Below, one piece after another: positions 38,018-51,551 of a stretch of 64,000 nt of DNA. Origin of the DNA: Octopus sinensis (lineage: Eukaryota); contig NC_043011.1 of NCBI RefSeq assembly GCF_006345805.1, positions 14,582,464 to 14,646,463 of the forward strand. The letters are read 5' to 3'. Position 1 is the stretch's first letter. Each line of letters opens with the position of its first letter. Under the pieces are notes generated by a model. The model ran no database searches. It saw only the letters and a program-made list of their open reading frames with translations, and had not been told where the DNA came from. The translations under genes were made by a program, and so were the position numbers.

Positions 38018-39239
38018 CTTTTTCATTTTTCATTTTTCCGGCGTCAAACTAATGCACCTACTTGTTGTTCATACACCGTTTTCGTCTTTTGTTTTTCTAT
38101 AAATCATTCCTCTCCATGCTTCTCTTTCTGCATACGTACATACATAATACATACATGTACGTAACTCAGAAATTATTTAATTACACATTCTATGTTCTGA
38201 GTTCAAATCCTGACGATGACAATTGTGCAGGGTTTCAAACTGGAAAGCCTTTTATTCTATGATGAAATCCTAGTGATAAAATAATGCGCCAGTCAACCAC
38301 TCGGGTAGACATATTCGACTATAGCCCTCCCTCAGGTTTCAGGACTTGTTAAAGGTTACTAGACTTTGAAATTTCGTTGTAGTTAACATTGCTATTTACC
38401 CACTCGGGGTCGGATAACATAAACGATATTCAATTAGTCGGGACGATTAAATCGTCTGTGCCCTCCTCCATAATTTGTGGTCATCTGATAATAATGTTAA
38501 AAATTATTACTATAGTGTCTTTAACCATGGAAATGCTGATGCTTATAATGTTTTTTAGAAACAATAGTATTAATAGGATGCAATTATTAAAAACAGTTAT
38601 GAAGAAAAAGAATTATGGTTTTAGAGAAACAATTTACATTAACGATAAATATATACACAAAAACAGGAAAGGACTTTAGATTGTTATGTGATGGTTTCTC
38701 AAAGATTACTATTATTTGTTTACGAAGTAGAATTTGTGCCATATAAAAAATTTCCCATCGAACAGAAAATAGTTTTCATTTAAAATATTCTGAAAAATAA
38801 TAAAATAAAAATAAATGATTAACAATAACAAAAAAAAAATACTAATTCAGGCGCAACAATAACAAAAGAATTTCAATTAGACTTTAACCGAAAATTACGA
38901 CGTCTAATCTATTTTCTATATTGGATTATATCTCAGAACTAGACAAGTGTCCTCATATACTTTGCAAAGAATATTTTTTCAAAACTTTTGGTTGCTGATG
39001 CAAAAATCAGAACAAAAACAAAACAAAACAAAAATTATCATTATTTACTTTTACATTATTTATTTCTCTTTAAAGCGATAGACGTGTAGAATCATTAGAG
39101 CGTCGAGCAAAATACCTTTCGGTATTTGTCCAGGCTCTTACTATTCTGAGTTCAAATCTCACCGCGGTCAAATTCGCCTTTCATGCCTTCCGAGTCTGCA
39201 ATACTAAGCAGTAAAAGCAGCCGCTTATAATCGCCCTTG

Positions 39240-39665
39240 GGATCTTTTCGGTTTGAACGGCAGTTTTTAACATAATTTCTAGGTAACTAAAAAATTTTTA
39301 ACTTCGTATACTGGTAGAATCTGTTTATAAAACATCTTTTTCTCTTGGCTTTATTGAGAAAATTCTATAGTTTGTAAGATATTTGTTGTTGTTTTTCTTC
39401 AATTTCTGCAATTTCAACTAATCAATGACCGTCTATTGAGGTGAAAGCATTCTGTGCCGTATGAATATGTCCCTCGTTTTAGAAACAGATTGGGTTTATT
39501 TACATTTGTGAAGAAAAAAAGATACCCTTCCCCCCACCCCTAACCCTAACTAACCCTAACTCTAAAACAGATTGAAATTCAATAGATCGATACTAGGGTC
39601 ATAATTATGGGTGACAATTTCATATGACACAGCTAGAAAAACTGCCGTTTAAACCGAAAAGATCC
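39240..39665. mobile_element. GG...CC telomeric-repeat MITE
   Basis: Family TIRs; TSD cgcccttg. Confidence 0.95.
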
Positions 39666-40564
39666 CGCCCTTGCACCAGTGATATACTGCGGTATATCAC
39701 TGGTCTTGTACCTATGTATGAAAGCATTTATTTCTAGAAATTATCTCAGAAAAAACATCCTCTGTCGATTCTCTTTAATGTTGCTTAGCAAATTTCAGCT
39801 AAATTATACCACGAGTGATTGATCATAATCATATAACAGTTATTGTTTTTGTTTAGCTTCAGGTTATCCCTGATCAAGCGGACCTATGATCAAAAGCATT
39901 TCAGTTGTGACAGTTCAACAATTTTCCCTCGGGCGTAACCCATCTAAAATAACATTATAAACTATGTCAATATTTCTGCAAAGAGGAGGATTTTAAAGTT
40001 GCTATCTTTTGCAGATCTTGTGTTCGAAACATTTTCATTTTAACATGTGGAAAGCCACCCTCCCCCACCGAAAAGAAAACTATTTTCAAAAAGATATTAT
40101 TCCATATATTTCATATACATATGCATTAAATTTACATTGTATATATGTGTGTGTGTGTGTTATATTATATTAATAATTTTATATTTATAGACATAAGTTA
40201 CGTAAGAACATAGTTTTTGTAAATTTTTATTTTCATTCGTATTTTTATTTTCATCTTTATTTCATTTTTTATTTTTGTATTTGAATTAAATTGTGGCTTG
40301 TACAGTAGGGTCCGGCGAACCTATTTTACACATACTTATTTGTTTAAAAAATTAAATTATAGTTTATAGTATCAAACTATGAGAAAGTGATATAGAGGCC
40401 TGATGATTGGGGTTATAATTCAAGAATGGTTCCAGCAAAACACGGCGTGCTCAAGGAACCGAGAAATGTACCTCATGAAACACGTGTAGCCAAGTTATAA
40501 AATAGTAAGTATTTAAATTAAAATTCTTTTATAAGGTGGGATGAAGGGCCCTACTATCTCTAAA

Positions 40565-40632
<68 letters not shown>

Positions 40633-40765
40633 TGCTATCTGTTCTGTTTACAATAGTTGCACTGTAAATTTCATATTCTATATGCGAATTTATTGCATTC
40701 CATCATGCTCTCCCATATGAAATTACATTTTCGCATTATTTTGTTAATACATGGATGAATTTCTA

Positions 40766-40802
<37 letters not shown>

Positions 40803-40807
<5 letters not shown>

Positions 40808-41008
40808 TATATAAAAGGGCTTAGTAAAATAAATTACTTTGCCGCATACTGAACTCATTAGAAATAGTAGCTAAAAAAACTTTTTAAAACTATTTCTAAT
40901 ACTTTAAGTATTAGAAATAGTTTTAAAAAAGTTTTTTTAGCTACTATTTCTAATGAGTTCAGTATGCGGCAAAGTAATTTATTTTACTAAGCCTTTTTAT
41001 ATAATGTA
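40803..41008. repeat. Near-perfect fold-back palindrome (102/103-bp arms, 1-nt loop at 40905) of PLE pseudo-LTR sequence
   Basis: Arms are reverse complements with 1 mismatch and 1 homopolymer indel. Confidence 0.95.
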
Positions 41009-41222
41009 ATAATTTGAATTCGCCTTAAATGGTCCCTTTGCATACTGAATACTTGGTGAAATTGATTAATAATTAATTAATTTTACCCTCAATTGTTGAA
41101 ATATATATATATATATATACGTAATAATGAAGGGTGAAATTAATTAATTTGGAATAATTATCAATTACACCAAGTAGTCTTCGGCATGTAAAAGCCTCAT
41201 TCGAGGAAAATTTAAGTAATAC

Positions 41223-41462
41223 TAAGCAATAAAGGGTTTAGCAACGAATTGCCTTACCACATACCGAATTTAGAAATAGCAGTCAAAGAGTTATAGCTAT
41301 TTCTTCTACTAAAAAGGGAGATCTCAGTAAAAACAGCAATTGGAATTGCTGTTTTTACTGAGATCTCCCTTTTTAGTAGAAGAAATAGCTATAACTCTTT
41401 GACTGCTATTTCTAAATTCGGTATGTGGTAAGGCAATTCGTTGCTAAACCCTTTATTGCTTA
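41223..41462. repeat. Fold-back palindrome (119-bp arms, GG loop at 41342-41343) of PLE pseudo-LTR sequence
   Basis: Arms read as exact reverse complements; homologous to 42250-42302. Confidence 0.95.
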
Positions 41463-41489
41463 TATATATATATATATATATACATAAAG

Positions 41490-41808
41490 GAGGACCTCTT
41501 TCGGTCATGAATGACCTTGGGATTGCACCTAGAAAGTTCCCCTCTGAGGCACAAGTCCGGGCAAGTTTGTTTTAAGGAAGACCAGTTGTCGCCCGTGCAT
41601 ACCAGCCTCCCCTCTCCAACGCCACCGATTTTATCCAAGGGAAAGGCATCATTGACATCGCAACACCTTTCTATAGCTGAGTGAACTGGAACAACATGAA
41701 ATAAAGTGCCTTGCTCAAGAACACAATACACAACTCGGTCTGAGAATCGAACTCACTACCTCATGAGTGTGTGTCCGACGCTCCAGCCACTGAGCTATGC
41801 GCCTTCAC
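41490..41808 (-). mobile_element. CORE-type tRNA SINE (family D)
   Basis: gtgaaggcgcatagctcagtgg...gagttcgattctc head; cttgagcaaggcactttatttc core. Confidence 0.75.
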
Positions 41809-42117
41809 ATATATATTTATAGAGAGTTCGTTCGATAAACTGTAAATTTTACGCATATTATTGCATCTATTTGAAACATATGGAACATTATCTCTTTAAA
41901 AATAATGTTTTTGATTTCTGTTTAATTATTATTCATATTATTAAAATTTTTTTTTTCACTTGGCAATATGAAGAAATAAGTGTCTCGAAAGACAGATCTC
42001 AAAGATAGCAACAAATCCCTTCTTGCCTTAAAATGTATCCCGTATCAAGAAATAATGACAATATATATATATATATACATACATATATATATGTATGTAT
42101 TTATGTATATATATATA

Positions 42118-43750
42118 ATCAATAATGAACAAAGGGGAAAAATAATTAATCAATTAATAATAATAATTTTAACAGGTAGTTCGGTATGTTAAAAGAACCA
42201 TTATTGGTAAACTTTAACAAAAATCCTATAATTATAAGCATAATTATAACTAGGGTTCAGCAAAAATTGCTTCACCACATACCGAAATTTAGAAATAGCA
42301 GTTAAATACTATTCCACTATCATAAGATATCTCACAGACAGTAATACTCTCAACTCACGCAGGTAAAGAGAAAAAATAACGAATCCACCGGACTTTGATT
42401 AACTGTATACGCGTTTCTGGGTTAAAGAGATGTAAAAAGATCTAAAATCATATTTCTACTCACTTATTCCCGTCGTCAGTATAGTATTTCAATTTTGAAT
42501 TTGAGAGCACTGATAATTAATATACGTATTCGATCAAGCGCCATCGGACAGCATATATCTAAAAAGCAGTACTTCCGAATTCAAAACAGAATACGATATC
42601 TTTAACTTACACGTGTTTCAAATAGCTTACCACATTACAATATTTGTACAAGGTGGTTTGCATATGTAATCGATTTTTCATTTGATCGATTATTTTGCCG
42701 GATTTACAGAGCTTCTGACAACCAAACTATCCTTCTCAAAGCTAGCATGCTTTTGCTAAATGTTGTGCACATACATCACATCCATCACATGTGTACAGAC
42801 ACACACACATACACACACATATGTATGCATCTAAAATTGCTTTGTCATAGGAATCTGCTTTGCCATAGCATTGCATTAAGTCAAAATGTTTATATTGTTT
42901 GATATCGATAAGTTCTGTTTGTTAATGCATCGATTATGTATTCTGATGCACAGACGAAGTAATTTTTTATTGAGAAAAATTTTACTTTCTTGAAACGAGT
43001 CACAAATCCTTCCATCAGGCTGAAACATAATAGAATTGGGTCTTCTGCATTTTCTTACTCTTGTGTTTTGTTGTTATTGTGTGAAATATGTGCTTTGTAA
43101 GTATTTATTTTCTATGATTTGAGTTGTCTTTTACTCATTATGGGTGGTGTGTGTCTGGAGGACTTGGCTCAACCCAGAAATGTTTTCATCAGTAACGCTA
43201 TGTTTTGGAAAATGATGCTGTAGGCCTCATTATTTTGGGGATTATAGATGGAGACATATGGTAGGACCTTCAATTTCAATTAATTTCTTTCTTTATTTCT
43301 TTGTCTTATTTCCTGGATACCAAATTTCGTGGTTTGTTCTATTCCATTATCGATCAAGAAAATGAGCATTTCCAGTAAGGGGGTGCATCCTTCATTTCTT
43401 GGAGTCTTATGTCACAGATGTTTGTATAGGAAACTATTTTACAAATCCTTTCGGCTTGGTTATAATGGTAGTTTATTCTGGTGTGTCTCGGATGGCAGAA
43501 ATTGAAACGAAGATATTGTTTGGAGTCCGTAGGTTTATAGTAAATATCCGGCTTTATTTGGTTGTTCACTTTCTTTATGAGAACGTCTAAAAATTGAAGT
43601 TGGTTATGGTAATATTCCATGGTGACTTGAATATTCTTCTAAGTTTCTCTGTGCTTGAATGAAGCAATCGTTTAACAATCTTTTCCATTTTTCTTGTATG
43701 TGCATGGAGAAAGAATTCCCATATTTTCCTCGTGTTTATTTCTTATATAA
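42118..43750 (-). mobile_element. Decayed Penelope-like element (Neptune-type): RT thumb, GIY-YIG remnant and 3' pseudo-LTR
   Basis: LQFLDVLIKK...DIYYKPTDSKQYLRFNFCHPRHT (43354-43620); FVCASEYII (~42950); hammerhead-bearing pseudo-LTR at 42118-42490 ending at a TA-rich tract. Confidence 0.82.
42402..42485 (-). ncRNA. Type I hammerhead ribozyme with long stem II insert
   Basis: actata-CTGACGA-c-ggg...ccc-a-GAAA-cgcg-TA-tacagt; palindromic stem III; same sense as the upstream PLE ORF. Confidence 0.72.
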
Positions 43751-44169
43751 GGTAATCCCTAGGTATCCCTTACTAGATTCGGACGCTGTGTTTGTTGTTT
43801 TATTCATTAACAGCCGGCTACGGCTTCTGTTAACTGATATCAGGCAAGAATAACAAGAAGGAAGCGAAATATTGTACCATGTGATTTCTATAGGAAAATC
43901 ATGTGAACTTCCAGAAGTGATATTATGAAAGATTAATTTAACTGAATTTATTTCAATTTATATTATCTATTATTTCAGTATGACTAGAATACCTCTTCAA
44001 ATTGGTCGAAGTCGGTTGCTGGTTAGTTAAATATATATATATACTCTTTTTATTTTTATGCATGGTAGTTTTTGAAGCATTGTCTTTTTATATTTTAATA
44101 CGCTCGCACAAACAAACACACGTATACATAAAATTATTTTCTATATCCTATTATATATGTAAACTCATC

Positions 44170-44200
<31 letters not shown>

Positions 44201-44941
44201 CTGTTGCATAATTTTGCATTAGTGTATATATAATCTTTACATATGTGCATACAGAATAACTTTTGTACACGTGCATGCAATATTACTCAAACTAAGACAC
44301 ACATTTCATCTATAGAGATATTTGTATTTTTGTTAATAAATAGAAAGATAATGAAAGCAGTTTCCTTATAAAACAAAATAAATGTAATCGAACGCACGCG
44401 CACACACACACACACACTTCTTTGCATCTCAATGTAAATTCTATGATAAATTATAATACCAACCGACTAATTAAGCTGATGAAATGATCTTTTAAGCTCA
44501 CTATACTGACATTAATAACGGCACATATCAATGAAATATCCTCATTCAGTAGAATATGTTTACTCAAAGAATAGTTAAATCGGTCGTTAAATATTCATGT
44601 AAACAGATATCATGGCCCCCAGAAATTATTTTTCAGATCTTTCTATTTGTATTGTTTTAGCTTTACAATAGTTGGCGGACTTTCAAGTGAAACGACATTT
44701 CATATGATATTTGTCTAGAGTTTTCATCTGATCGTTACTTTCATGACATTCGCAAAGTATTCGACGAAGTTTTGGCACAACCAAGAGAGAATTTATTATT
44801 TAGTCTTCCAATATCCGATTCTGATCTTGTTTATAGAAGTTTGCTTCCTTATACGAACTAATTCACTTCACCTCGCCATCCGTTTTTAAAGTAATTATAC
44901 TTTACTATATTGAATTTTCATTAATAAGGGTTATAAACCCT

Positions 44942-45339
44942 GGATCTTTTCGGTTTGAACGGCAGTTTTTTCTAGCGGTGTCATATGAAATTTTCACCCA
45001 TAATTATGACCCTAGTATCGATCTATTGTATTTCACTCTATTTTAGGGTTAGGGGTGGGGGGAAGGGTATTTTTTTCTTCAGAAATGTAAATAAACCCAA
45101 TCTGTTTCTTAAACGAGGGAATATTCATACGGCACAGAATGTTTTCACCTCAATAGACGTCATTGATTGGTTGAAATTGCAGAAATTGAAGAAAAAAACA
45201 ACAACAAATATCTTACAAACTATAGAATTTTCTCAATAAAGCCAAGAGAAAAATATGTTTTATAAACACATTCTACCAGTATACGAAGTTTAAAAGTGGA
45301 AATTATTTTAAAAAACTGCCGTTCAAACTGAAAAGATCC
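44942..45339. mobile_element. GG...CC telomeric-repeat MITE
   Basis: Family TIRs; TSD taaaccct. Confidence 0.93.
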
Positions 45340-46388
45340 TAAACCCTCCTAGTATAAGCGTATAGTATTGTCATGGATATAGCAAACAATATATTGGAAA
45401 GTTTGTCGTTAATGTTGATACTTATAGATTGGTATCCAATAGTAGAGTCTCTGCTTCGTACATTAGTTACTATTCTCATACCTCCGACAATATAAAATAT
45501 GTACCAGCGAAATGCATCAATCTGATTGGCTGTATTTCTCTTCTAACATGTGTGGCCTGGTGCCTATTTTAGAAATCATAGTTATTTCTCATACTAGTTT
45601 TACAACGATCAAAGAAATATTTTTGTCAGAAAAATAACCACTGTGTTTTAAATTTTTTTTTCTTTTTTACTATACGATATTCGCCTGTCATTTTTAGTTT
45701 TGATCATGAAAAATAAGTCGGTAGTTTTAAATATAAATTTACTAAATATATAAGCAGACTATTCAGCCTCTAAGATCGATGAGTGGCTTGTCACTGCACA
45801 GTTCACTCTCAAAGGTCACTGGAAAATGGTAAATCAAGTTATGTGGGTTGGTTGGTGCATGGTCTAGTCAAGACATTATATATTGAAATAGTAACAATAG
45901 ATGAACAATTTTCAGGCGAGCTGTTTAGTGGTCGAGTGAAGAAAAGCCACAACAGGAAAATAACCTGATTTGATTAATGATAAAACAAACAAACAATATT
46001 GGTTGGAAATATATTTTGCTGTAATCGTACTGACCCCCTACCCATATAGACAGAAACTCGCAGAAATACTCGAGTGGAATACTTTCATCTATATATACTA
46101 GTCAAATCTCTCTCTAATCATCCCATAATATTTGGTTACTTGCCTTAATAACCCGAGATCAAATCCTGTCCACGTTAAAGAACATTAAGCAGATTAAGTT
46201 GGGCGACTAAAGGCTTGCTAGAGATGTTCCAACTTGGCAGCGTCCCATACGTTTCAATCAAATATTTTATATTTTAATTTACTAGTTTACTATAAAATAA
46301 AACAATTCGAATGACAGTTAGTGAATCCGGAAGGATAAAAGGAAAAGTTGGCCTGGACATGAATGATTTATCTCAGAAAGTAACGACC

Positions 46389-46422
<34 letters not shown>

Positions 46423-46614
46423 CTCTCTCTCTCTCACACACACACACACATGTCTAAACATATATATAATTTTGTAATATAAAAGATGCCTAGAGGAAAA
46501 GCGCGTGTTAGAATGATGCTAAATTCACTTTATCGGAGCCGGGAACAAATTATACGATAGAGCATCTTGCAGCACACACACTACACACCACATTAAAGGA
46601 CCACAGCAGGTTTA

Positions 46615-48032
46615 TTATCACTGGTTTCAAATTTTGGCACAAGGCCTGCAATTTCGGAGGAAGGAAGCAGGTTATTACATCGACCCCAGTATTCAACCGA
46701 TTCTTATTTTATCGACCCCAAAAGGAAGAAAGGTAAAGTCGACCTCGGCTGAATTTGAACTCAAGTCGTAAAAACGGACGAAATGCCGCTAAGCATTCTG
46801 TCAGTTCACCCCCTTTAGGTTTATTATTATTGTACGTGCGGCAAAGGCGGGAGAGCTGGCCGAGCCACTAGTATATCAGGAAAAATACTCGGTGTCATTT
46901 CGTCCGTCTTTAGGTTCTGGGTTCAAATTCCGCGATGGTCGACTTTGCCATTCGCTCCTTCTGGGGTCGATAAAATAAGTACCAGTTGAGTACTGGAGTC
47001 GATGTCATCGACTTACTTCGTTCCCCGAAAGTGCTGGCTTTGTGCCAAAATTTGAAACCATTGTTATAAAGGCGGGGGGTTGGCAGAATCGTTTGGACGT
47101 CGCACAAAATGTGTAGCGACATTTCACCCGTTTGAATTCCACCGAGATCTACTTTAACCTTTCATCATTTCCGGGACGATAAAATAAGTACCAGTTGAAC
47201 ACTGGGCTTGATGTAAAGGACTTGTCTCCTCCCGACAAAATTCCGGGTGTTATACCTTTTGCAGAAAGAATTATTATTTTGTTCAAACGGTCTTCAGATT
47301 TCGAAGCTTTGAATATCGGAGATTCTGTGTTGTACATTACATGTTGTAATTTATATCTGACAGTTTTGATCTTGCTTAAGACTTCTCGTGGGACGACCTT
47401 ACATCTACAATCATAAATTTCTCTCCTGGAAACTTTCATATAATCGAATTTTATTTATTTTTCGTAAACATGACCTTTGGTCATTACCAGTGTTGGCCGA
47501 AAATATGCCTCAGTCGAATAAAATCAACACGCAAATTTTTCTAGAAAAATCAATATAATTTTAATGTTTGTTTCGTATAAGACTGTGAGCTCGCAGAATC
47601 GTTAACACGTCGAGCAAAATGTTCGGCGGCATTTCGTCCGTCGTTATATTCTGAGTTCAAATTTCGCCGAAGCCGACTTTGCTTTGTTCCAAAGTTTGGA
47701 ACTAATACTGGTTTCAAAATTTGGCACAAGGCCAGTAATTTTAGGGTAGGGTTTAACTCGACCCCACTGTTCAACTAGTACTTATTAGATACTGAAAGAA
47801 TGAAAGGAAAATTTGAACTTGACAGAATTTGAACTCAGAACGTAAAGACGGACGTAATATCGCAAAGCATTTTGCCCGACGTGCTAACGATTCTGCCAGC
47901 CCACCGGCTTACAATATGATTTTAATATTGGCTTTAAATTTTGGCACAAGGCCAACAATTTTGGGGGATGAGGTAAATCTATTACATCGACTCCAGTGCA
48001 CAGCTGGTACTTATATTACCGAGCCCGAAAGT
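46615..48032. mobile_element. Dense cluster of ~6 family A SINE copies in both orientations
   Basis: Repeated gagttcaaattcc B box, gtcgataaaataagtaccag core and ttgtgccaaaatttgaaacc tail motifs. Confidence 0.75.
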
Positions 48033-48058
48033 ATTGTATGATTTTAATATTAAATTTG

Positions 48059-48515
48059 GGATCTTTTCGGTTTGAACGGCAGTTTTTAACATAATTTCTA
48101 GGTAACTAAAAAAATGTAAAACTTCGTATACTGGTAGAATGTGTTTATAAAACATATTTTTCTCTTGGCTTTATTGAGAAAATTCTATAGTTTGTAAGAT
48201 ATTTGTTGTTTTTTTACTTCAATTTCTGCAATTTCAACCAATCAAGGACGTCCATTGAAGTAAAAAAACATTGTGCCGTATGAATATGTCCCTCGTTTAA
48301 GAAACAGATTGGATTTATTTACATTTGTGAAGAAAAAAATACCCTTCCCCCCACCCCTAACCCTAACCCTAACTCTAACTAACCGTAACCAACCGTAACT
48401 AACCCTAACCCTAAAACAGATTGAAATGCAATAGATCGATACTAGGGTCATAATTATGGGTGACAATTTCATATGACACCGCTAGAAAAAACTGCCGTTC
48501 AAACCGAAAAGATCC
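48059..48515. mobile_element. GG...CC telomeric-repeat MITE
   Basis: Perfect TIRs; TSD taaatttg/taaattta. Confidence 0.93.
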
Positions 48516-49109
48516 TAAATTTATTTTTACAAATGTTGTCACTGGCAACAGGGCAACAGGTGAAACTATTTTTTATTATTCGATCTTTTTTAAATAACTA
48601 AAAGAATATAAATGACTAGATTAAGGAAAATATAATTAGTTTGGGGATTTTTGTGTGAACATCAGTCGCTAACGATCTGGCATTTTAAAAATTAGATTAA
48701 AAAGAAATTGGGCAAGATATATTGATTAATTTAATGTTTAAAGCCCTTTAGTGATATAAAAGGAAAAAATATTATATAAATTCTAACTATCTTTAAACGA
48801 TGCTAACGTATTAAACTATATCACAGTGTCGATCAGACTATCAGATGTTATACACCGATGGCCACATTTGTGCTTCGCATTCTTTTTAGCTCTCGAATGA
48901 ATTCCACGCAAATAGCCAACGGGTAGGCCGACAATTTCCTTGAAAGGAACCCCCAGTCCGTCACAGTGATCCATTTACGGCTGAGTGGACTGGAGCAACA
49001 GGAAATGCAATAGTTTGCTCAAGAATACAAGAGATCGAAACCGCGATTTTCGTGCAACAATCTAAACTTAGGCCATGAGCCTTCATATTAAACTAGATAT
49101 TTTTTTTAA

Positions 49110-49350
49110 TAAAGAATTTTTTTTTTTATTACCCACAAAGGGCTAAACATAGCCGGGACAAACAAGGACAGACAAATGGATTAAGTCGATTACATCAACC
49201 CCAGTGTGTAACTGGTACTTAATTTATCGACCCCGAAATGATGAAAGGTAAAGTCGACCTCGGCGGAATTTGAACTCAGAACGTAACGGCAGACGAAATA
49301 CGGCTACGCATTTCGCCCGGCGGGCTAACGATTCTGCCAGCTCGCCGCCT
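49110..49350 (-). mobile_element. SINE family A monomer with A-rich tail
   Basis: TSD atattaaactagatatt on both sides. Confidence 0.9.
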
Positions 49351-49648
49351 ATATTAAACTAGATATTGACTAAAAAATTCCCAGAGACAATGACTGTGAG
49401 GTATATTACTAATTATGGAAGGTTAACGACTCACAAATAAAAATTTAAGCAGTTCCGGAGCAGTGTACGAACAAGAACTAAGTACGTTATTTTGTTGTTT
49501 CCGTTTCGGAATAGATTCGTTAGAGAAATAGAAAGCAAAATTCAACCACCCGATGTTATTTGGCGCACCTACGAGATATAATGAACATATTCATTTTCAT
49601 GACTATATAAAAATGTAACATTTTCCTATAACATTTATTATAGTAATT

Positions 49649-50094
49649 GGATCTTTTCGGTTTGACCGGCAGTATTTTAAAATAATTTCCACGTAACTAA
49701 ACACTTTTAAACTTCGTATACCGGTAAAATGTCTTTATAAAGCATCTTTTTTTCTTGGCTTTATTGAGAAAATTCTATAGTTTGTAAGATGTTTGTTGGG
49801 TTTTTTTTTCGATTTCTGCAATTTCAACCAATCAATGACGTCTATTGAGTTGAAAACATTCTGTGCCATATGAATATGTCCCTCGTTTAAGAAACCGATT
49901 GGGTTTATTTACATTTCTAAAAAAAAGATACCCTTCCCCCCACCGCTAACCCTAACTACTTAACCCTAACCCTTACTCTAACCCTAACCCTAAAACAGAT
50001 TGAAATGCAATAGATCGATACTAGGGTCATAATTATGGGTGACAATTTCATATGACACTGCTAGAAAAAACAGCCGTTCAAACCGAAAAGATCC
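49649..50094. mobile_element. GG...CC telomeric-repeat MITE
   Basis: Family TIRs; flanked by a ~17-19 bp duplication cat(ta)ttattatagtaatt. Confidence 0.92.
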
Positions 50095-51039
50095 CATTAT
50101 TATTATAGTAATTTAAACATTTAATTACATTTCAGTTAGCTTGGACAATTGGTATTACCTATGGCATTCCGATCTTCTATTTCCTTTAGCTGCCATCACC
50201 AAGATACGTTACACTAACTAACACCAGAAATTTCTATCTGCTCTTAATTTTGGTAGATTTTTCGGTTTCATGCTGTGTATCTCAACCATTAATTCAATGT
50301 AACTGAATGTCTTTGTCTTGTAATAGGGTATGAAAATCTCCGAAATAAAATGTTCAATAAAAATAACTTCCGATAGGACCTGATTTACAATACTGCGCTG
50401 AGATGGGTGTAGAAAAGAAACATTATCTTAGTGATTTAAATGTAATTCTGCACAACTATGAGCTTCGAGAATAAATGTAACATATGCGAGCACAAATCTG
50501 GCTACACAAAAATGTGTTCTGTGTAGTCATGTGTAAGGTACACCAATAATAGTTAGATTTAAATATCTGGGAAGTGACTCATTATACACGAAATATTATA
50601 TACACACACGCAATATTTATGTATATATGTATGTATTTATGTTGTATTTAGGAATGGTCATTTTGCCATTTTAGCCAATAAAAACACATGCACTATATAT
50701 TTGGTGTTACTTTGCTTCAGCGTTATTTATTTTTTACATTAATCTTAATCTTATTTCGGTCAGAGTTCTTTCGTTACACTCCTGTGACCGCATCAGTGGT
50801 CCTTTGCTTTCTTCTTTCTTATTTGTGTGTCTCTTCTTAGTATTTAAGTATAGTACGATGCGCAATATATGATTACATACTTTGGAAATGCTGCAGCCAA
50901 GGCTATTCGGTTTTGAGATACTTTGAGACTTTACAAGAAACGTGGTATTCGCATGCTTAAAGTGATTTTAAAGTTCTTTCTTCACAGAAAAAAATACTCT
51001 TTATACACACCCTGAAGAAGGTTGACTTTTTAGGAGTCG

Positions 51040-51275
51040 ATTGCCAGACGTTAAGAAGCTTGTAACTTCTTGCAGTTTCCAAGAAGTCTTTCTTATATCA
51101 GTAACATAGATCCCAAGACACTTAAAGTCAACGATGGCACATTATTCTTGGGTCGTGTACCATTGTTGGAACAAACTGTCTGGTGGTTTTCATCCTCATT
51201 GATGGCCATCTACTTAGTCTTCTTGCATTGAGAATCCGATTAATCTTGGCTGCAGCATTCTCAAAGGATGTTATC
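51040..51275 (-). pseudogene. RTE-like LINE RT remnant
   Basis: ENAAAKINRILN..KTK and VDFKCLGIYV (~FKYLGSxI). Confidence 0.45.
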
Positions 51276-51551
51276 ATACGTGGCGCGTGGTACTATGCAT
51301 ACACACACATATAACGCATGTTCATGTATGTACATGCGTGTGTATAATCTATATTTCTTATATTATAATCTATAATGAGTCGTGTTACCCAAATATTTCA
51401 ATCTAAAAATTATTAACACACCTTTCACGTGACTAAATAGAAACGCTTTTTCTGAAGCCGTATTCATGCCAGCATAAGTTACATTTATTCTCCAAGCTAA
51501 CCGATGTGCAGAGAAACGTTTAACTCACTCGGATAATGGTTTCTTTCCCTA

